From NCBI GenBank assembly GCA_032718475.1, contig JAUCBJ010004614.1, positions 7,797 through 71,796 on the forward strand: 64,000 bases of DNA, in the 5' to 3' direction. Shown here piece after piece: positions 52,798 through 64,000 of the stretch (positions are counted from its first letter, which is position 1; every line of letters starts with the position of its first letter). Under the pieces are notes generated by a model, which did not search any database, was not told the origin of the DNA, and saw only the letters and a program-made list of their open reading frames with translations. Source of the DNA: Nemertoderma westbladi (Eukaryota > Animalia > Xenacoelomorpha). The position numbers and the translations under genes are program-made.

Positions 52798-53251
52798 AAA
52801 AAAATTTTTTAGAATGCTATCCAAATATTTCTCCCTTGGTGAAAATATTAACAAACAATAAGTCAGTATAATATTTATAGTATTATGCAATGTTGGAATG
52901 AACGTTTCAGTGAACCCAATATTTGTCAATATACGGTGAGCAGTCAGCTCCATTACTTACACTGCTAGTAACCTACCTGCACCTTGAAGCTCTGATAGGA
53001 CGTTGCCTTAGCAACGATATTCTGGCTTTGGGCTTGGCTGCCCAGAGTGATTTACAAACCTGGTTGTTCCTATAGACCATATGCTGATACACAACCTCCA
53101 AGGGAGGGGAAATGGCTCTGGTCCAGGTTGATATACGAGTCTGGTTATTCCTGCCGAGCAAATGCTAATACACACACACCCCTCCAAGGAAGGGAAAATA
53201 GTCACATAGGATGTCGCTGCAAAACCAATTACCTTTTTCAATTGGGTATTA
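52798..53251 (-). repeat. Split direct repeat A1 (5' end of the YR element)
   Basis: Matches 18950-19404. Confidence 0.92.
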
Positions 53252-54344
53252 TTTTGTCTCAACTTTTATTCTTAAATTGTTGCATTTTCGCTGGAATATA
53301 CTGTACCCCAAAATTCGTAGAAAATTGAGTACTTTTTTTTCTACTAAAATGTTTGCACGTAATTTGAGCAAAATCCATTCAAACACACAAAAGTTATCGC
53401 AACTTTAGTGTCTGCAAGTCGTAGGCCTATATATCCTATATTGGTTTATGTTGTTAAGCGGCTCTCTCTAGTTACGTAATAAATATTCGAGAACACTAAT
53501 TATTCAACATTGAATAAGGCAGCATCAGGATTCAGGAGTTAAAGTGTAAAGTAATTTGAATTGCAGTAACAATGGAAGTAATATAGGAAAATACTGCAGT
53601 TCAATTTATTTTGTAACACTAAATGGCTCTATCTTCTATTAAAGATTTAAGAAACAAAAAGTACCAATTTAAGAATAAAATTACGTATAACATTGGGAAA
53701 AATGTAGAATACTTTTCTCAATATTTTTGACCCTTTATCAACCTAGCTGGCGCCCGGTTAATAAAATACCTCGAGAATTAGTGAAAACAGGTTCAACATT
53801 TTTCCCAAGTAATACATAATTATATTATCATTATCAGCTGTCAAGTTCTTAATAACGTGAATATTGTTGGGCTTTATAAGTTGTTTTTGACAAGATGTTT
53901 GAATCACAATAATTAATTATACTGTACTAAACGAACATCCCCACCCCCTGTTGAAATAATAATGATACATTTTGCTACCTTTACATAAAGCGCCCTCATT
54001 TGATTACGGGTACTATTGGTCGATGTTTGTTATATTCAGTTATCATACAGCAGCTAATCGGCCAAATTTGTTAAATATGGAGTTGACAATGTTTTGATAA
54101 TTACAGAAAATTTTATTAGAGTGGCTTCACAAATCAACTAATGAAACTGAATCGCTTTTACGGTAAATTTACAAGAAAACATAAGAATGATTATTTCACC
54201 AATACTCAAAACCTCGACAAAAATTCCAAATTAACAAAGAATATCAATAAATGTCCATTAATTTAATAATAGGCTAATACAACAACCATTTTTAGCCACC
54301 CCGTGTGTATTTTTTCTGTTTGCTGCTCCTACTGTATAACGCTT

Positions 54345-54677
54345 CTATCTCTGTGTCGGGGCCCCTTTTGTAAAGGCTCGTCCTCTTCTATCTCTATGCA
54401 GGGCTGTTTCGCCAAATGATGCACTTTTAGGGCTTCTTCTCTCTGGGCCTGATTTCCCAGTTTTAGGGTCTGTTTCGCCAGAACCTTTTGTTTTCGATCT
54501 TCTATCTCTATCCAGGGCCGCTTCTCCAAAAGCTGCTTTAGCTCTTCTATCTCTAAACAGCGCCCGATTTTTAGATCTTCTATCGATATCCGAGGCCGTG
54601 TTGACTAAAGCTTCTGCCATTACAACAATACATAGGCCTATCACTAGAACCACCATCATCTTCCCCTTTTCCCCCAT
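54345..54677 (-). CDS. Putative secreted peptide precursor, paralogue 2
   Basis: Same acceptor and ATG arrangement; signal peptide MMVVLVIGLCIVVMAEA; (D/E)RR-delimited repeats; differs from paralogue 1 by an in-frame 18-nt indel (DPDGNP). Confidence 0.65.
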   Translation of the reverse strand: MGEKGKMMVVLVIGLCIVVMAEALVNTASDIDRRSKNRALFRDRRAKAAFGEAALDRDRRSKTKGSGETDPKTGKSGPERRSPKSASFGETALHRDRRGRAFTKGAPTQR

Positions 54678-55720
54678 TCTCTTCACCTAAAAAATAGATT
54701 ATGAACAGTATTTATGCATATGTGTGTATGCAAGAGTTCATGCGTCCGAGTTATTGAACTGAAATTGTTATTAAGTACAGTAGACCAATAGTACTAAAAT
54801 TTTACATCAATTTAACACTTTTGACCAGAAATATCAAGGATCGCAGGTGCGGTTTTCAACCCAAGGTGACCCAGATGGGCACATCGCTTCTATTTGAAAA
54901 AGGGATAGTAAAAGTGTCTGAAACATTGATTGATTCAAACAATGATTCAAAACATGGAATCATACTGTAATTTTTTTATAATTTTGGGTCATTGTCAAAT
55001 TTGAGAATTTGGTACGAACACGGATGAATTGAAAATTAATTTTGGATCACCCCACCTCCTTAACCACAGTATTAGGCCTACAGTAAGTCGGTAAAAGACA
55101 ACTCTTTGTTGAATAAACATACATAAATCTCAAAAAATTATTAGTCAATTGAAAATACCGCCATATTTCCCCTAAAGGTTTGAGAGTGTCTTGTTAGAGA
55201 AACTTGTACTATCCTTCTTTCAACATGCCCCGCCCATATGTGTCGCCTACATACAGTAGATGTTTCCGGGCTCCCGGACTATAAGTCCAACCTGTTCTGG
55301 AGGTTTCCTTGAAGACTTGACTGAAATTTTTCCCAATCACTCTCGTATAAAGTTCCTTAAATAATTTATTTAATGTTTCTTAATTTTGTAAGGAAATGCT
55401 TCCTCTTGATTTGTGTGCGCTGTATATAGGGCTTACCCCTACAGTATAGGCCTATTATATGGATACATGTACGACAGATGCATTTAAGCCTACTGGTATA
55501 ATCGAAAACGATTCATTTACAATTAAAATTGTCAGTTACACCGTGTGGGTGTACACAAGTATTATACAGCTATCTCAGTTATTTCAATATGTGCGTGGAG
55601 TATTTACGGTGGGTGCAGTATTATGTTACATCATAGGCCTAATCATCATACAGTACATACTGTACTGTATTGTCTTATTAATGAGAATGGCAGTATGTCC
55701 TGAAACTCCAGATGTTGTGA

Positions 55721-55936
55721 TTATATTATCCTAAATGCAAAACAATGTTCCTTTGAAGAGGCAGTTGATTTACATCTTCTATCTCTATCCATGGCCGCTT
55801 CTCCAAAAGCTGCTTTAGCTCTTCTATCTATAGACAGTGCCCGTTTTTTAGATCTTCTATCGATATCCGAGGCCGTGTTGATTAAAGCTTCTGTCATTAC
55901 AACAATACATAGGCCTACCACTAGAACCGCCATCAT
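55721..55936 (-). pseudogene. Truncated peptide-precursor paralogue 3
   Basis: Homology stops after the third DRR (about 55775); first ATG lost; element inserted next to the acceptor; upstream conserved block missing. Confidence 0.6.
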
Positions 55937-55974
55937 TGTCCCATTTTCCCTAATTTATTTCACCTAAAAAATAA

Positions 55975-56631
55975 ACTAGAACGCCATCAAGGTGGCTTTG
56001 AACGAACCTGTCTTAAACATTCTCCAAGAAACAGATGGGATTGGAAGATGCAAACCAAGAATGACTTTCATCAACCAAAAAACTGTCTCCCATTTAATGT
56101 AATAGTCGCCTAGGCAAGCAAATAATAATCACAATTACTGCGATGTATGAAATGTTATCCTTATCCGTAACCTGGGAAACGGCAGTTTATTCTGCGGAGG
56201 GGTCTTTCTGTATTACAGTATATAAATACAGTATAATAAAGAACACTAATTATTTATACCTAATACATTCTCAATTAGCCTAATATACAAACATCGGAGC
56301 AACCAATATAATGTACGTACATGTACGTACATGTAAAAGCCTCCTGTGAAAGTTTGTGAAATCTGTAAAAGTGTAGCTGTCGGTATTTAATTTCGCGTTC
56401 CATAATGTTGATAATATGCTAATATTTCGAATAGCGCACATCGAATAGTGCCCAACTTTTTTATTCAATAACTAGATACTAATTGATAAATAGTCGCGTT
56501 TACAATTTTTGTTACCTGCTTGAGTTTTTGAGATATTTAATGGTTATACATACATACAGTACATAACCTCAGTGTGTTTTTGAACGGCTCAACTCTTGAC
56601 AAGAACTACCCAGTCTAAAGACAGGTTCGTT
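55975..56631 (-). mobile_element. Helentron/HINE (DINE-1-like) non-autonomous element
   Basis: Perfect 14-bp subterminal inverted repeat AACGAACCTGTCTT (56001-56014 and 56618-56631), 3' hairpin GCCA-CCTTGA-TGGC then CTAGT, internal (TACA)n, no TSD; absent from the paralogous introns. Confidence 0.75.
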
Positions 56632-56741
56632 ATTACGAAAAGTATTTATGCATGTGTGTATGTACGTGTTCATGTGCCTGAACTGAACTGAATCAACTAT
56701 TGAACTGAATACTTTTGACCAGAAATATCAAGGATCACAGG

Positions 56742-57243
56742 CAGAGGCGTAACTATGGGGGTGGGGGGGGGGGGGGGGGTAGGGGAGGTTATTTGCCCCT
56801 GGGCGCCAACCGAAAGGGGCGCCAAAATGGTTTTTTTGAGTTGTTATAATTTGCATTTGTCGATATTATAAACTTATCAAGTTATAATTGAAATCTAATT
56901 CGGGAATATTTTTAATAATCATATTGATAATAACATAATCTTCTTATGCAAATTCTGTTACCAAACTAATATTCCCTTAAAACAGACATCATCGGAGATA
57001 TTAATTATATATCATGATAAAAACGATGTAATTTACTTACTGCCTTAATAAAACGAGCCCTTAGGAGATTAATTAATTACAACACTTTGAAAAATTGGAA
57101 ATAGGGAACTACACATTTATTATTTATCATTATCATCAATGGGTTTATGAAAAATTGTATTACTTGGGGTGGGGGGGATGGGGTGAGGGCGCCTAAAAGT
57201 ATGTTTACCCCCGGGTGCTGAGAAACCGAGCTACACGCCTCTG
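56742..57243. mobile_element. hAT-type MITE
   Basis: CAGAGGCGT...ACGCCTCTG; 8-bp TSD ATCACAGG/ATCCCAGG; empty sites GGATCCCAGG at about 10241 and GGATCGCAGG at about 54838. Confidence 0.88.
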
Positions 57244-57549
57244 ATCCCAGGTGCGGTGTTTAAGCCAAGGAGACCCAGATGGGCACATCGAACATATTTG
57301 AAAAAGGGATAGTAAAAGTGTCTGAAAAACATTATTTTTTTTATTATCTGCACTAAAACTTTCTAAAAAAAGGCAGTATTGAAATATTACGATTTTTCTG
57401 CGGAAAATTTATACTGAAAGAGTTTTATTTAAAAAAAAGAGTAGACAGTTTTAGGGAAGTGCATGTTGCATGGCACCAAAATCTGTGTTATACTGTAGAA
57501 TAAAATGACAATTTATAAGTATTTATCAGCAACCTTATCGGTTATATTT

Positions 57550-57710
57550 AAAAATATCGAGACATGAAAAATGAGTAAAAATAACGCGAGTAAAAACATC
57601 GAGTGTTGAAAACTATCGATAATATCGCGAGTTTAAAATATATCGAGAGTAAAAATTTCGAGAGTTAAAATATCGAGAGTAAAAATATAAAGAGTAAAAT
57701 ATCGAGTGAA
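57550..57710. repeat. Degenerate tandem repeat, about 14-16-bp unit aaaatatcgagagt
   Basis: About 10 diverged copies by direct reading. Confidence 0.7.
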
Positions 57711-59849
57711 TGGCTGTATATGACGGAACTTCAGATGTTGCGAATAAATATCCTAAATGCAAAACTATGTTCCTGAATCATGTCGCGCGTGTCGCTACAA
57801 CAATTAATTTAGTAATAAGTTATTGGCACTAATGTTCAAAGGTTGCACTACTACAGGCAATGGGTATGTACGCAATGGCGCTTTGAACTAATGGTACTCT
57901 AAGCATGTAAGTACCAAATAACAATTTATCACCCAGTAGACCCTGTTTGTTTATACTACAGTATTAATACTGTATTATAATTAATGGGAGGGGCGAACCG
58001 CGAAGTAAGGTGAGCCTTAGAGTATGGGTACCATTAATCCAAGTGGCATTTTCAGGGTGTCCTTTCATGAAAGGGATATAATTATTTTCAACTACATGAT
58101 CAATTTAATTATATTTAAAAATTATACAGCTGGAATCCCCATACCCCATTCCATTATCGTTTTACATTAGGTCAAGTGATTTGTATTATGAAATGTTTTT
58201 AATTTATCTAACTAAACTTAATAACACTGTACCAACATTAGAGAGGCCAAAAATCGTGTGAGTCCCTTTACAGGTGACCTTTTTGGCCCAAACCCTGGGT
58301 CACCAGGGAGGCCAAATTATGAGGGGGAGAGGGATTCTTGAGATAGAGGTTACTCACATGTTCCACCCCAACAACCAAGCCTTTTGTGAACCTTAAGCAA
58401 GTCACTAGACTGTCTCAGTTAATACCCTATCACTCGGGTCCCCATTACGACAAGGTGCGCCGAATGCCTTAGCAGATAAGCTTTGCCTTTGTGCAGTGGG
58501 TATTCAAGAGCAGCGAATGCGGACTGCACAGCACAGACAGATGACGTTCTGATTAAGAACATGGGGGGGGGGGGGGGGTTGGCGACTCGCCCTCGCATCA
58601 TCAGATGATAGTCGTAGCTGGTAGAATTAGTCTATTGTTGAATCCAACTTGTAAAAGCTTCTGTGGGATATAACTGGCCCTTTTGCTTCGCAATCCAGTT
58701 TCCCCCCAGGCGCTGGAATACTCTAAAAGGCTCTCTAACTATATATATGTCCCCTTCGCCCGCAAGGTACCGTTATAGGTGTTTTAACGGACATAAAAGT
58801 CATTCTTCTATATACGTGCTTTGGAGGACATGGTAAGGCAAAAAACCCGCAATGCACCAAATACCCTTACACAGCTTAGCTTTGATGATTCAGATTGCGA
58901 CATCTAACAGCTGGTTGCTGACATGGAAACGGCCATTGGACACATGGTTCTTTGTTTAGCTTAAGCCAATCAGAGCGATTTTTTCTGTCGATGTGGAGAT
59001 ATTCGGCCGATCATACTAGGAGTGTTCAGTCTTACTGTTTTTCTTGTTACTGTTGTGTTGTTTCTATCTAGGCCAGGAACACCGGCTCTAGAGTCAACTC
59101 GTTTTCATACTTTAGAAGAAACATTAGTAGGCTTAAATTATAGAGCGTATAACTGTTATCATATCAACTTATCGCAATTCAGTCTTACATTATCGGTTCA
59201 ACATACATTATTATACTGCTATTTACTGTTGTTTGGTTGAATATTATTTGGAGAATATTTATAAAGAACCCAAATTTCCCAATTTTCTTGATACACTACA
59301 GGTTAGAGAGACGGGTTATATATAGCGATTGCGACTTATATTATTGTGGTTTGTAGTGAATTTAATGCTATTTGATAAGCACTACATGAGTCCGTTGCTG
59401 TTCTCTTTATATATGATAAAATTCATTGACGGTCGGCAAATTAGTGAGCAGTATCGTGTGTTACCGGTAGTGTGCATGATTGTGATTGATAACTAAGCAT
59501 TTCCTAAAGAATGCGCCTCATACGTGAATCATAAGCCTTACCGACTTACCGTTGTGATTAGTATAAGTCATATCTCTGTTTACCTAGATAGAGCGCCACG
59601 TCCTAAAGGAACTGTTAATATTTCCCGAAAGTGAATAATATTGGTCAGAAATTATTTATTAACGATCAATCGAATAATACAGTAAGCTTACACTGCAATA
59701 ATAATCTAAGCCCTCAGAATCCAGTCTCCCGGGTATATCCAGCGGGTGAATGGACGCGCACTAGGCTGGCTTCTGCTAATGTTGTGTTTATTGGTATTAA
59801 ATATTTGTCAACTTCTAAAGTCTATTTATAAACCAAAAGACATATAAAT

Positions 59850-61330
59850 TTTGGCAGGTTAAACTGCTAAAGGTCTTCAAAAGCGCGTACACAACTGCAC
59901 ATGCAGCATTGGACAAAATAGACCAAATCTCCAGCCGCCTCATATGTTACCACTTCTCATGTTCTGGAAGACTTGCTAAGAAGTTTCCGAAAGTGGTTCT
60001 GATTGTGTGCTACTCTCCAACTAGTATTACCCCAATAGAGGAAGTGGAAAATTTCTACTATAATCGACAAGCAGCTAGTGATGGAGTGGATGAGCATGCA
60101 TTCTTAAATTTTAAAAATTCTTAAATAGCGATAGTGTTAACCGAAATTTCGTCAGGATTTCATCTCTGGAGATTGATTGTGTTCGGGTGGAACCCAGTTC
60201 AAGAAGCGAACTGGAAAGCTATGGACTCATAGTGGTCCCAGTGGTCACAAGTCCCAGGTGGACCATATTCTATTTCGTAGGAAATACAGGAGCTCTATAA
60301 AGACTGTAATGCATTTACACTTCGACCCTTCTGCAGTGATCACCGCCTTATTGTGGCCAAGGTAAGAAGACTTAGTCTGTATGCTAGCAGAACAACGAAT
60401 TCTGCCTTGTCGCGGCATGACTGGTCCTCTCTGTTGCAACAGCTAAGTGTGAGATCCAGTTTCACACTACATCTGAGCAACAGGTATGAGGCTCTTGCCT
60501 CTGAGGCGGCAGATCACTGTGAGGGCTATACTTCCTTCACAGAAGCAGTTAAATTAACAACGGCAGAAACAGTTCCTGTATACCCTCGAAACAGGAAAAG
60601 GGCCCCCTGGACTGACAACAAGATTCGGAAGTGCCGAAATGACCTCTATAAGGCGCAGAAAGATTCCCGACTCAAACAGACTACAGCGGCCAAGAATGCA
60701 GTCAAGGCAACATCTAGGTCCCTGAACGAACACGCAGTACTCTGATAATCTACAGGTGCTTATAAACCAACAGGTTGATGCCATCAATAATGCTGACGAC
60801 AGCAGGCAAAACACAGGATTCATCGGAAACTTAAGGTCCGATTATTTAGAGCAGCAGTAGTTCCAGTCCTCCTCTATGTGAGTACATGCAGGGCTCCAAC
60901 TGCTGAGGAAACCAATTCTCTCGAAGGCACATTCACAAATGCTACGCCGGGTTCATTGTGTCAAGTACAATGCACACATCTCTAACCAGACACTATATAA
61001 CATTGGAGGTGTCTCATTGGTTCCCCCAAGCTTGACACTAGAACAAAGCCGCCTCCGCTTGGCAAGACAATGCTTTCGTCATGAGGACCAGCCAGTGCAT
61101 AATCTTGTGCTTTGGCAGCTTCATAGAGTGAATAAGCATGGTGGACAGCCCATGACTTTCTGACGATGTTTAAGGACACTGGCCTTGAAGATGCGGATGA
61201 TCTAGCAAATGTCATGGGTGATAGTGAGTTGTGGCGGCGTAATTTTGACGACAGCCGGCACAGCATTCTTTATATATATGTAATATATTTATAATTCAGC
61301 CTCAATGCAGGATGCCGATCGTAGTAGTAG
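59850..61330 (+). mobile_element. Internally deleted RTE-clade LINE (APE endonuclease remnants plus 3' end, RT core missing)
   Basis: CYSPT and WTHSGPSGHKSQVDHIL endonuclease motifs, RKRAPW linker, then a jump near 60825 to KLKVRLFRAAVVPVLLY; (GTA)n tail; an extra 3' fragment at about 61385-61575. Confidence 0.8.
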
Positions 61331-62332
61331 TACCGTTTTGCATAACATGGCATTTTCGCCAGTCTGTGCAAAATCATGTGCTTTGGCGGGCTGATGGAGA
61401 GAATAAGCATGTTAGGCAACCCCATGACTTTCTTGAGACGCCTCTTAAAGGACACTGGCTTTGAAGATGCGGATAATCTCGCGAAAGTCATGGGGGATAG
61501 AGTTGCGTGGCGCAATTTTCTAGATAATCCGGCATAGCATTTTTAATGAAGCCGATATGCAGCATCATGCCGAAATTATATAGCTCGCCATTATTGCTTG
61601 GGTGCCGTGCAAACTGAATAACATTATACTATCTGTTATTAGTTACTCTATATTGTGGTTCCCGAAGAAATGATATCTATAAGAATGAAAAATGTACCCG
61701 ATGGCATAGGCAGGCAGGCGGGAGGTACATGATACTCTTTATTATTTTACAATGTTGAGATATCTCGATGGTGTTTGTACTTAGATAGGCCTCAACATTT
61801 CCCCAAATCTATAACGTAGAGTATCATGAAATTGTACCTGACCTCATTTTTTTACAGAAATTTATTTATGGAGGATTTGCCGTTTCCAGTTTCTCTGGAA
61901 CCACTAAAGAATAATGTATCTGTACAGTTTCAGTTATCCTTACTTGCATCAATTGTGTGAATTGACTAAAATTAATGATTAAAGATACCCATTCAATCCG
62001 GTCCATTAACTCATAGATGTGGACTATCCATTGTATTGATATCTTGTTTAGAATAAATAGCCTATTAGATCAAATATATGTTAGTAAAACAACTTGTCTA
62101 ATGATTGGGGTGACTTTCAATGAACCTTTATGAAATATAATATGAATAAATAAAGACAACCCAATAATATAAATTAATTTAGTTAATAATTTTCAAGCTA
62201 CCGAAGCTCCACCAATCTACTATCGGGAGTATATAAACTCAGAGCTGCTAAAACGTGATCCCTAATAATGACGAAGTTATAAATTCCAACACCTATGATG
62301 TAATCAAAAATAGGTTCTAGATGAATGTTAAT

Positions 62333-63496
62333 CTATTTACAAAGAGTTACGCAGAGATTCCTAGTGGTTGAACCCTCGGTGAGGATGTTGACTTTGGCGT
62401 GGGCAACATGCATGTTATCCATTACAAGCAGATCACCAGCTTGCCACTTGAAACCGACGGAATGCTTCCAGTTTAAACCGCGAAGAACGCCCAACAACTC
62501 AGCGTCGATGGGGTCGCCACCGCCGAAAGTCGTATTCGACGGGTATGGTCTTCCGATGGGATGATTCACGTAGGTGGGGTTGGTGGACCACAGGGTCTCG
62601 TGGTGGGCCGACAGATGGTTGAAGAATATATCGTGGCCGCGTTTCGGGTGCGGGATAACCGCCGGAAGCACGTAGGAGTAAGTGAGCGACCCATCCGCGT
62701 TCCACACCGGGTCCCAACCCTCCTCGGCGCAGAATCTCTCGACTTCCTCTCGAGAACTCGTCTGGAAGGTCCCCTGCCAATTCCACACGTCCACCGTCTC
62801 ATCCGCGATATCCCTGATGTACTTGATCCCTTCGCGTTCCAGTTTGGCCAAAAGACCGCTACCCAACTCAGAGAAAACTCTTCGCACATCGCAGATTGTA
62901 GTTTCTCCGCCAACACCGTCGTCTAACAGACTATTGAGGCAGTAGAATAGGACCAGAGATGGATAACGCTTCGGTTTGTACGACATCTCGGTGTGGTGGT
63001 CTATACTCGCTTCAGGCGGCTCTTGCGAAGACGCCCAAACGCTCTCGTCTAACTGCATACGCATCACAATACCTCCGAGGTACGACATACATTCGAAATT
63101 CATATGGTTAATAAACCTGTTGAATTGATGTACGGTCTCGAAAGGAAGGTTACGAACAAGAAGGGCACCACTACTGCCTTCGACGTGATCTTCAACAAGA
63201 TTCATAACTTCACTGGCTAGATCTTCCAAGTAATCCATCTTATGTTCAGCGATGTCGGCGTGGTAGATCACGGGGAAGTTGTCCCGGACCGGTGCTAAGG
63301 TCTCCGGGATGGTGTAGTGGTCGGAACTGGGTGTCCAAGGTCTGCCTCTAATTCGAGGTGGGACATAGCGAGAAGCCACAGAGTTGGCGCTTACTCGTTC
63401 CAGCGTGAATGGCGATTTTCGTAGCGTCACGGATTCCTGGCCCAAACCTCTCGTCAGCGCAGCCTTATTGAATAAATTCTTTACCGATGATAACAT
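62333..63496 (-). CDS. TauD/TfdA (clavaminate synthase-like, DdaC-like) Fe(II)/2-oxoglutarate dioxygenase, intronless CDS
   Basis: GALLVRNLP, HTEMSY (HxE), LFYC...GGETTICD, FFNH, WQAGDLLVMDNMHVAH and a downstream Arg; first ATG (MLSSVKNLF...) at 63496. Confidence 0.9.
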   Translation of the reverse strand: MLSSVKNLFNKAALTRGLGQESVTLRKSPFTLERVSANSVASRYVPPRIRGRPWTPSSDHYTIPETLAPVRDNFPVIYHADIAEHKMDYLEDLASEVMNLVEDHVEGSSGALLVRNLPFETVHQFNRFINHMNFECMSYLGGIVMRMQLDESVWASSQEPPEASIDHHTEMSYKPKRYPSLVLFYCLNSLLDDGVGGETTICDVRRVFSELGSGLLAKLEREGIKYIRDIADETVDVWNWQGTFQTSSREEVERFCAEEGWDPVWNADGSLTYSYVLPAVIPHPKRGHDIFFNHLSAHHETLWSTNPTYVNHPIGRPYPSNTTFGGGDPIDAELLGVLRGLNWKHSVGFKWQAGDLLVMDNMHVAHAKVNILTEGSTTRNLCVTLCK

Positions 63497-64000
63497 ATTG
63501 ATGAAAACTACCAATACACGTAGATTAATATATAATAAATTAACATTTGAATTAGTCTTTAATTGTTGATGTTCATCCTACTACTGTATAATTAAAACAA
63601 ACCAATATCAATTAAAGTAATGATTAAATTTATTTATTTAAACTAAAGCACCATTTCTGTTTTGGAACAATACAACGTAAAAATTATAAATATCGTGCCA
63701 TAAGTCCCAATAAAGCCATCGTGCCAAGAGTTAATTGAAAAGGCACCTCAAATGTTCCAAAAGTTGTAAAAAAAGCTTTATAAAAATTTCAAAACGTCAT
63801 GAACGAGTTGCATATCATAGTTGCATATTATTCTAAAACATTAATTAGCAGCTGCAGGAAAGGTCAACGCCTATAAGAAACGAACAGCACCAGAAATGGG
63901 CACTACTATGTCTTGTACACACCCCCTGTTTTTTTTATAAATACTAGGTATATGTGTTATTTTTACACATAGACATTTTTACACACAGGTATACCTGTAA

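Larger units (their letters stand above)
18791..53251 (-). mobile_element. Tyrosine-recombinase retrotransposon (DIRS order, Ngaro-like split direct repeats A1...B1-A2-B2); about 7 kb after removing nested inserts
   Basis: A1 52798-53251 matches A2 18950-19404; B1 19497-19561 matches B2 18791-18855; encodes RT/RNaseH, gag and YR on the minus strand; both flanks match the uninterrupted paralogous site at about 7550-7800. Confidence 0.9.

Noticed and set aside
58575-58620. CTGATGA-containing hairpin upstream of the RTE remnant as a ribozyme
   Set aside because: Neither the hammerhead GAAA nor an HDV pseudoknot could be assembled by eye.

Overview
AT-rich, repeat-dominated eukaryotic DNA, most likely from an invertebrate animal (spliceosomal intron, Bel/Pao, RTE, CR1/L2-like and Ngaro-type elements; species not identifiable from sequence alone). 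Host genes: the 3' part of splicing factor SF3A1 (two exons, 1-3047, +), an intronless TauD/clavaminate-synthase-like Fe/2OG dioxygenase (62333-63496, -), and three paralogues of an unrecognised small secreted precursor with repeated dibasic (D/E)RR sites (about 9.8-10.1, 54.3-54.7 and 55.7-55.9 kb, -) in a locally duplicated segment. The centre (18791-53251) is one deeply nested insertion. A split-direct-repeat tyrosine-recombinase (Ngaro-like) retrotransposon with the unusual ORF order RT/RNaseH-gag-YR is interrupted by two elements. The first is a 21-kb Bel/Pao LTR element whose primer-binding position is complementary to its own LTR (candidate self-priming); it contains a satellite-filled TIR transposon, which contains a piggyBac-type element, which contains a LINE. 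The second is a 6.4-kb pol-less Bel/Pao-like LTR element. That element and an older LTR remnant at 13-18.7 kb share a covarying three-hairpin module next to the polypurine tract. All calls come from manual reading; no database searches were run, and some frameshifts may be assembly errors.
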